Positions 58,468-64,000 of a DNA stretch of 64,000 nucleotides are shown here, one piece after another (positions within the stretch are counted from its first letter, which is position 1; each line of letters starts with the position of its first letter). The translations under genes were made by a program, and so were the position numbers. The notes under the pieces are model-generated. The model did not search any database. It had not been told where the DNA came from and worked only from the letters and a program-made list of their open reading frames with translations. Source of the stretch: Thermoanaerobaculia bacterium (GTDB lineage Bacteria; Acidobacteriota; Thermoanaerobaculia; Multivoradales; Multivoraceae); the NCBI GenBank assembly GCA_963664405.1, contig OY761158.1, positions 3,680,001 to 3,744,000 of the forward strand. The letters run 5' to 3'.

Positions 58468-61467
58468 CTAGAAGCGGAAGCCGACAGAGAACCGGTAGGT
58501 CCGCGGACGCTGGAAGTCGAACTCGTTCTGCGGTTGGCCGAACTCATCGCCCTTGCCCCAGTGGGTGCCCTCGATCGGGGATTCGGTGAAGGGGTTGAAT
58601 TCCGCGAAATCACCCGTTGTCGCATCGAGAGTCTGGGTGTCGAGGTCGATCACGGCATCTTCGTTGAAGACATTGAGCACTTCCGTCTTGAAGAAGAGCT
58701 CCAAGTTCTTGGCCACCCTGAAACCGTAGAGAAGAGCGATGTCGGTTGAGGACACGTCCGGGGTGGTGAAGGCACCGCGAGGGGTGAAGAAGTAGTCGAT
58801 CTGCCCGTCGATCGCAGAAACGTAGCCGGGGTTGGTGACGAAAGGACGGGTGTCCACGTCGCCCTCGGCATGATAGGGCGTGCCGGAGAAGAAGTTCTGG
58901 AGCAGAGAGACGTTCAGGTTGTGGCGGTCTCCTTGCACAATGTCATACATCCCCCAGACGCGAAGCTTGTGCTCCTGGTCGGCACCGAGAGGGCCCACCG
59001 GCCGGTGGCCGGGGAAGGCTCGATACTCGCGGTACTGCAGGGGATCATCGCTGATCGGGCCGTTCGGGCCGGTCTCACCGTTGATGTTCCCCTCCAGCTC
59101 CGACCAGGTGTAGTTGCCGGCCAGGGTGAAGCGATTACTGAATCGATAGCGTCCCTGGAAGTTGGCTCCAACGTAATCGCGCTTCAGCAGGCCGTCGCCG
59201 AAGTTGCCGAGCTCCACGAAGTCGACCTCGGTGCCGCCGATGTTGACGGTGTCGCCCACCTCGTTCTTGTTGGAGTAGAAGTCCTCCCACTCTCTGAAAA
59301 TGAGGTCGGCGCGGATGATACCGCGCGTTCCCAGGCGCTTCGTTGCGCCGACAGTGAGCTCCTCTGTGCTCGGGGAGCTTATGCCCCCGCGAACGCCAAC
59401 GTTGGAAACCTCGCCTGGCACGGTCAGAAAGAGCACTCCCGGAATCTGGGCGATGTCGTTCGGATCACTGGTCAGGGGGTTGAAGCCGGTCTCATCGAGC
59501 CACCAGTCGGTCACGATGCGGGTGACTTCCGGCGTCGGGATGCAGTCGCCGCGAGCGACGCAGTTCGGGTCGGTGTTGAGCGGAGGTCCGCCGTAGAACA
59601 GGATCGCTCTACCGGTGGCGCCGCCGGTGGAAGCGGAATTCGCGGTGTTGATGCCGCCGTGGAGGGCGGCTACGTAGTCGCCCCAGCTGGCGTTGATCAC
59701 CAGATCGCCGTCACCCTTGACATCGTAGCTGAGCCCCAGCCGCGGGCTCGTCTTCGAGTCGTCGGAGACCAAGTTGCCACCGGCGTCCCTGCCGTCGTTC
59801 TTGTCGTGGCGGACACCGATGTTGAAGCTCCACTTGTCGTTGAGCTGCCAACGATCGTTGACGTAGAAAGAGTTGGTTTCAAAAGAGGTCTTCGCCACGT
59901 TGTCGAGACCGAAGATCGGCCACGCCGCCACCCAATTCGACCCGCTGGTCGGATCGAGCACGGTGAACACTTCCTTGGTGTTCGGGTCGATGAGGAAGTC
60001 ATCGGCGGCGAGGCGGAAGTCGCTGCCGCTCTGATGGTTCACATTGAAGGACCGGCTGTTGAAGCTGTCGTAACCGAAGGCGATATCGTGCGAGCCGGCG
60101 CCCTCGGTGCTGAGGAAGTAGGAGCCTTTGACCAGATGGTTTTCGTTGTCGCGCTGCTCGTTCTCGCAATTGCCACAAAAGTTTGGCTCCCCCCAAGCCG
60201 AGTTGTCGAAAGTGGTCTGCCAGGGGGACGAGTAGAGACCCCGCTCACCGCCGCTGCCGACGCCGTTGTCGAGATTACGGACCGAGTACTGGGCCTCGGC
60301 GAAGAAGTTGCCCCCGAACACACCGTGGTAGTTGATGGCGGTGAGGTCCTGCGGGTCTGTTCGTGTGACCAGGCGGGACAGTTCGAGGATATCGCCGAAG
60401 GAGTCGTTGACCGCCGCCTGGTCGACCTCGAGGTAAGAGCCGGTGAGAGTGTGGCTCGAGCTCAGGTTGGCCGTCAGCTTGCCCTCGAAGCGCTGCTGAT
60501 CGTCCTGCTTCGCGTAGGCGATCTCGGTCTCCGAGGTCTGCTCGGTGGTGTCGAGCAAGCGGTCGCGACCGGCGAGGAAGAACCAGATTCGGTCTTTCCA
60601 GATCGGGCCGCCAAGGGTCGCCTCGTAGATCTCGTTGATCTTGTCTTCCTGCTCCACGGTGGTCAGAGGAGTTTTGGATTCCCAGTCGTCGTTTTGCAGG
60701 CTGACCCGCAGCGAGCCGGAAAACTGATTACCGCCGGACTTGGTGAGCACGTTGATGACGCCGCCGGTGAAGCGGCCGTACTCGGCCGAGACGCTGCCGA
60801 TGGAGACATTGGTCTCCTCGATCGCGTCCTCGATGAAGAGGTTGAGGGACTGGCCGCGGGAGTTCTCGTTGACCACCACGCCGTTGATCAGCCACAGGTT
60901 CTCGAACGACATTGCGCCGTTGATGGTGATTGCGCTCTCGCGGGTACTCCCTATCTGCGGCCCGGTGGAATGTACGCCGGGCGCCAGCTCGACCGCCCGC
61001 CGGATGTTACGGGCGACCGGAAGATTGTTCAACTCATCCCCTGTGATTGTCGTAGAGATCGTCGCCGTCTCCGAGATGGTCTCGACAGAGCCCAAGACGA
61101 TGATCTGCTCTTCGACACTGGCGACTTCCATGCCGACGTTGGTAGGCGCAATCTGGGCCGCGTTGACCCGGACCCGCACCACCGTGGTGTTGAAGTCATT
61201 GAGCTCGAAGGTGATGTCGTAGGCACCTGGCGGCAGGAATCCTAGCCTGTAGGTTCCGTCGTTGCCGGTCACGGTGTCTCGCTGGCCCTGGAGCGAGGGC
61301 GACGTCGCCGTCACTATCACGCCGGGGAGCCGAGTCGTGCCGTCTGCGGTCTCGACTTTGCCGGTGACCGTTCCGGTCGGAATCTGCGCCAGCGCCGGCA
61401 GCGCTACGAGAAGTCCGGCGACCAGAAAGATCACCAGCCGGGTCCTAAGAATGTTGGTCTTCCTCAT
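58468..61467 (-). CDS. TonB-dependent receptor with carboxypeptidase-regulatory-like N-domain (Oar-like)
   Basis: Signal peptide, SAEYGRFTGGVINVLTKSGGN plug motif, C-terminal …FSVGFRF. Confidence 0.9.
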   Translation of the reverse strand: MRKTNILRTRLVIFLVAGLLVALPALAQIPTGTVTGKVETADGTTRLPGVIVTATSPSLQGQRDTVTGNDGTYRLGFLPPGAYDITFELNDFNTTVVRVRVNAAQIAPTNVGMEVASVEEQIIVLGSVETISETATISTTITGDELNNLPVARNIRRAVELAPGVHSTGPQIGSTRESAITINGAMSFENLWLINGVVVNENSRGQSLNLFIEDAIEETNVSIGSVSAEYGRFTGGVINVLTKSGGNQFSGSLRVSLQNDDWESKTPLTTVEQEDKINEIYEATLGGPIWKDRIWFFLAGRDRLLDTTEQTSETEIAYAKQDDQQRFEGKLTANLSSSHTLTGSYLEVDQAAVNDSFGDILELSRLVTRTDPQDLTAINYHGVFGGNFFAEAQYSVRNLDNGVGSGGERGLYSSPWQTTFDNSAWGEPNFCGNCENEQRDNENHLVKGSYFLSTEGAGSHDIAFGYDSFNSRSFNVNHQSGSDFRLAADDFLIDPNTKEVFTVLDPTSGSNWVAAWPIFGLDNVAKTSFETNSFYVNDRWQLNDKWSFNIGVRHDKNDGRDAGGNLVSDDSKTSPRLGLSYDVKGDGDLVINASWGDYVAALHGGINTANSASTGGATGRAILFYGGPPLNTDPNCVARGDCIPTPEVTRIVTDWWLDETGFNPLTSDPNDIAQIPGVLFLTVPGEVSNVGVRGGISSPSTEELTVGATKRLGTRGIIRADLIFREWEDFYSNKNEVGDTVNIGGTEVDFVELGNFGDGLLKRDYVGANFQGRYRFSNRFTLAGNYTWSELEGNINGETGPNGPISDDPLQYREYRAFPGHRPVGPLGADQEHKLRVWGMYDIVQGDRHNLNVSLLQNFFSGTPYHAEGDVDTRPFVTNPGYVSAIDGQIDYFFTPRGAFTTPDVSSTDIALLYGFRVAKNLELFFKTEVLNVFNEDAVIDLDTQTLDATTGDFAEFNPFTESPIEGTHWGKGDEFGQPQNEFDFQRPRTYRFSVGFRF

Positions 61468-61830
61468 GAAGAACGTCTCCTCTTGTCGTTGAGCTCCCGG
61501 CAAATCGTTTTCGCCCGGGAATGAAAAAATGATCGTAACACTCAAGCCAGGTGCGGGAAGGTTCTAGACCCAAGTACGGCGGATCCAAGGCTCCTCAAAT
61601 GGCCAATCGACATATATGCTGGCAATTGGCGGACCAGATTGGCGGTTGGTGGGTACTTTGGGCACTCCATGTGCGCAACCCACTGTAAAGGCGAGGTAAA
61701 GTGAGTCGGCTGGATTCGTCAGCGGTGGCTGGAGGATGTGAGGAAGAGGCCCAAAAATGTAGAGAAACGGTTTTTTGGATCCAATAATTTGATCCGTGTT
61801 GCAGACGGAGTGGTCAGATAGCATGCTGGC

Positions 61831-63585
61831 GTGGGTCTACGCTTCTTAGTACTTGCCCTCCCCTTGGTTCTTTCTCCGATCGGGTGCTCGGCGCCCGACG
61901 TGACCGGAGAGCCCGCGACACGCGTTACCCGCGTCGCAGCCGCTGTGTTCCTCGACAGCGCCCGAGAAATCGGCGTCGACTTCGTTCATTTCAACGGCAT
62001 GACGGGCCGCCATCACCTGGTCGAGGTTCTCGGCGGAGGAGCAGCCCTGTTCGACTTCGATAACGACGGCGACCTCGACCTCTACCTCGTCCAGGGAGCA
62101 CGGCTTGGCGAGGGCGGCTCTGGAGAGCCTTTGTTTCCTCCGCGCCATCCGGAGCCCTTGACCGATCGGCTCTACCGCAACGAGTTGATTCCGGGCGGAC
62201 AGCTGCGCTTCGCCGACGTGACCGATCAGGCCGGCGAGCTCGGCACTTCCTACGGTATGGGGGCTGCCACCGGCGACTACGATCGCGACGGCTTCGTCGA
62301 TCTTCTGGTTACCAACTACGGCCGTAACTCCTTGTTGCGCAACCAGGGCGACGGCACTTTCACCGACGTGACCGTTTCCGCCGGTTTGGAGGACGAGGCC
62401 TGGAGCGTGGCGGCCGCCTTCTTCGACTTCGACGACGACGGCTGGTTGGACCTCTTCGTCGGCAACTACGTCAGTTTTGGGGTCGACAATGGGCAGTCGT
62501 GCCGAGATCTGACCGGTGCACCCGACTATTGTGGGGTGGACCTCTTCGCGCCCCAGGCGGACCGCCTCTATCGCAACCTCGGGGACGGCTCGTTCGCGGA
62601 CGTGAGCTTGTCCAGCGGAATCGCTGGCGCGGACAGGGCACCGACTCTGGGGGCGCTCCCTCTCGACGTCGATGGTGATGGACGGCTGGATCTGTACGTC
62701 GCCAACGACGCGAAGCCCAATCATCTGTGGATGAACCGCGGTGACGGCGTTTTCGAAGAGGAGGCCCTGCTGCGTGGATGCGCGGTGAATCTCGACGGTC
62801 TCCCGGAAGCGAGCATGGGCGTGGATGCCGGTGACATTGATGGGGATGGTAATCTCGACCTCTTCGTGACCCATCTGAAGAAGGAGAGCAACACCTTCTA
62901 CGCCAGCGACGGTCATGGGGCCTTCAGAGACAACACCATCGGCGCCGGTCTCGACGCGCCGAGTCGCCCCTATACCTCCTTCGGCACCGGCTGGCTCGAC
63001 TACGATCTCGATGGCCGGCTCGATCTGGTGGTGGTGAACGGCGCGATCGCCAAGCTCTCGGCGCTCGTCGGAGCTGGCGATTCTTTTCCTCTCCACCAGC
63101 CCAATCAACTCTTTCGAAACCAGGGTGGGGGCCGATTCTCCGACTCGACCTCGGCCGGCGGGCCGGCCTTACTATCTTCGGAGGTGAGTCGAGCCGCGGC
63201 CTTAGGTGATCTCGACAACGATGGCGATGTCGATGTCGTGGTGGTGAATAACAACGGCCCTTCCCGGGTCTGGCTCAACCAGCTCGGTCCCGCAGAGGGG
63301 TGGGTCGGCGTTCGACTCCTCGATGCTCAGGGCGGTATCGACGCGCTCGGCGCTCGCGCCGCTCTGACTGTAGGCGGGGAGCCGCGACAGTGGCGTTGGG
63401 TCAAGACGGGGGGAAGTTACGCGGCGGCCCGCGATCCGCGTATTCTGTTCGTTCTGCCCGGGGAGGCAACGAAGGCCGATCTCGAGGTGACCTGGCTCGA
63501 CGGTCAGACCGAGGAGTGGGCCGACCTCCAGCTCGGTAGCTATACCACCCTGAGCAAAGGCAGCGGTCGCGAGCGCAAGCCCTGA
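61831..63585 (+). CDS. CRTAC1/ASPIC-UnbV FG-GAP repeat (lipo)protein
   Basis: Repeated DxDxDGxxDL motifs; C-terminal ASPIC/UnbV (GGSYAA…VTW.DG). Confidence 0.9.
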   Translation: MGLRFLVLALPLVLSPIGCSAPDVTGEPATRVTRVAAAVFLDSAREIGVDFVHFNGMTGRHHLVEVLGGGAALFDFDNDGDLDLYLVQGARLGEGGSGEPLFPPRHPEPLTDRLYRNELIPGGQLRFADVTDQAGELGTSYGMGAATGDYDRDGFVDLLVTNYGRNSLLRNQGDGTFTDVTVSAGLEDEAWSVAAAFFDFDDDGWLDLFVGNYVSFGVDNGQSCRDLTGAPDYCGVDLFAPQADRLYRNLGDGSFADVSLSSGIAGADRAPTLGALPLDVDGDGRLDLYVANDAKPNHLWMNRGDGVFEEEALLRGCAVNLDGLPEASMGVDAGDIDGDGNLDLFVTHLKKESNTFYASDGHGAFRDNTIGAGLDAPSRPYTSFGTGWLDYDLDGRLDLVVVNGAIAKLSALVGAGDSFPLHQPNQLFRNQGGGRFSDSTSAGGPALLSSEVSRAAALGDLDNDGDVDVVVVNNNGPSRVWLNQLGPAEGWVGVRLLDAQGGIDALGARAALTVGGEPRQWRWVKTGGSYAAARDPRILFVLPGEATKADLEVTWLDGQTEEWADLQLGSYTTLSKGSGRERKP

Positions 63586-63605
63586 AGGGACGATGGAGAG
63601 CCTAG

Positions 63606-64000
63606 ATGTCCTTCGAGGTGCCTCCAGTTGTTCGAGTTTTGGCCGCGACGATCGCGGTTTTGGCCGCGATCGTCGCGCTCGCCTGCTCCGATCTCCCCTC
63701 CGCGGATGTCCGCGAAGCGGCTGCGATCGCCGAGGAGGTTGGGCCTGCACCTCTCTTCGTCGATCGGGCCGAGTCCAGTGGCCTCGTCTTTCATCACTTC
63801 AACGGAATGACCGGCAACTTCGACATGGCCGAGGTGAGCGGTTCCGGTGTCGCCCTCTTCGACTATGACAACGATGGCGACCTCGATGCCTATCTCGTCC
63901 AAGGGGCGATGCTCGAGCGAGGCGCCGCAGTCGAAGAGGCCCTCGTCCCTGCCCGACACCCGCAACCTCTCAGCGATCGCCTTTACCGCAACGAGCTGGT
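63606..64000 (+). CDS. Second CRTAC1/ASPIC-UnbV lipoprotein (3' truncated by window edge)
   Basis: MSFEVPP…VALAC lipobox; FHHFNGMTG, FDYDNDGDLD, SDRLYRNEL paralogous to the preceding gene. Confidence 0.85.
   Translation, partial: MSFEVPPVVRVLAATIAVLAAIVALACSDLPSADVREAAAIAEEVGPAPLFVDRAESSGLVFHHFNGMTGNFDMAEVSGSGVALFDYDNDGDLDAYLVQGAMLERGAAVEEALVPARHPQPLSDRLYRNEL

Noticed and set aside
58870-61245. 791-aa plus-strand ORF
   Set aside because: Antisense shadow of the TonB receptor caused by GC-rich codon bias; no motifs
1-64000. tRNA, rRNA, prophage or defence-system genes
   Set aside because: None recognisable by eye; a covariance-model scan would be needed to exclude small RNAs

Overview
GC-rich bacterial chromosome segment whose gene content (Oar-type TonB receptor, ASPIC/UnbV proteins, cytochrome c/Cu-monooxygenase fusion) suggests Acidobacteriota, possibly Thermoanaerobaculia-like; this is inference only. 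It carries argH-argR; a cysteine synthase/JAB protease/ubiquitin-like sulfur carrier/MoeB operon with a nearby MoaD-MoaE fusion; ppk1, ygfZ, iscA, tdk, an ECF sigma/anti-sigma pair, rlmH-dksA-holA-mutM and cell-envelope genes including a giant GlmS. It also has a complete but interrupted LysW-dependent alpha-aminoadipate lysine pathway with a probable attenuator, a NifA-like activator, a frameshifted Lhr helicase, a TonB-dependent receptor and two ASPIC/UnbV proteins. The most notable signals are non-coding. (1) An IS1111-type IS110 element (15944-17420) is inserted into a 91-bp CTAG-bounded host repeat whose empty copy is at 27392-27482, and its 3' non-coding region contains readable target and donor guide segments (bridge RNA/seekRNA). 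(2) Five 166-172-bp CTAG-bounded long hairpin elements share a conserved core but carry four different terminal stems, all lie in one orientation, and fold better on the minus strand.
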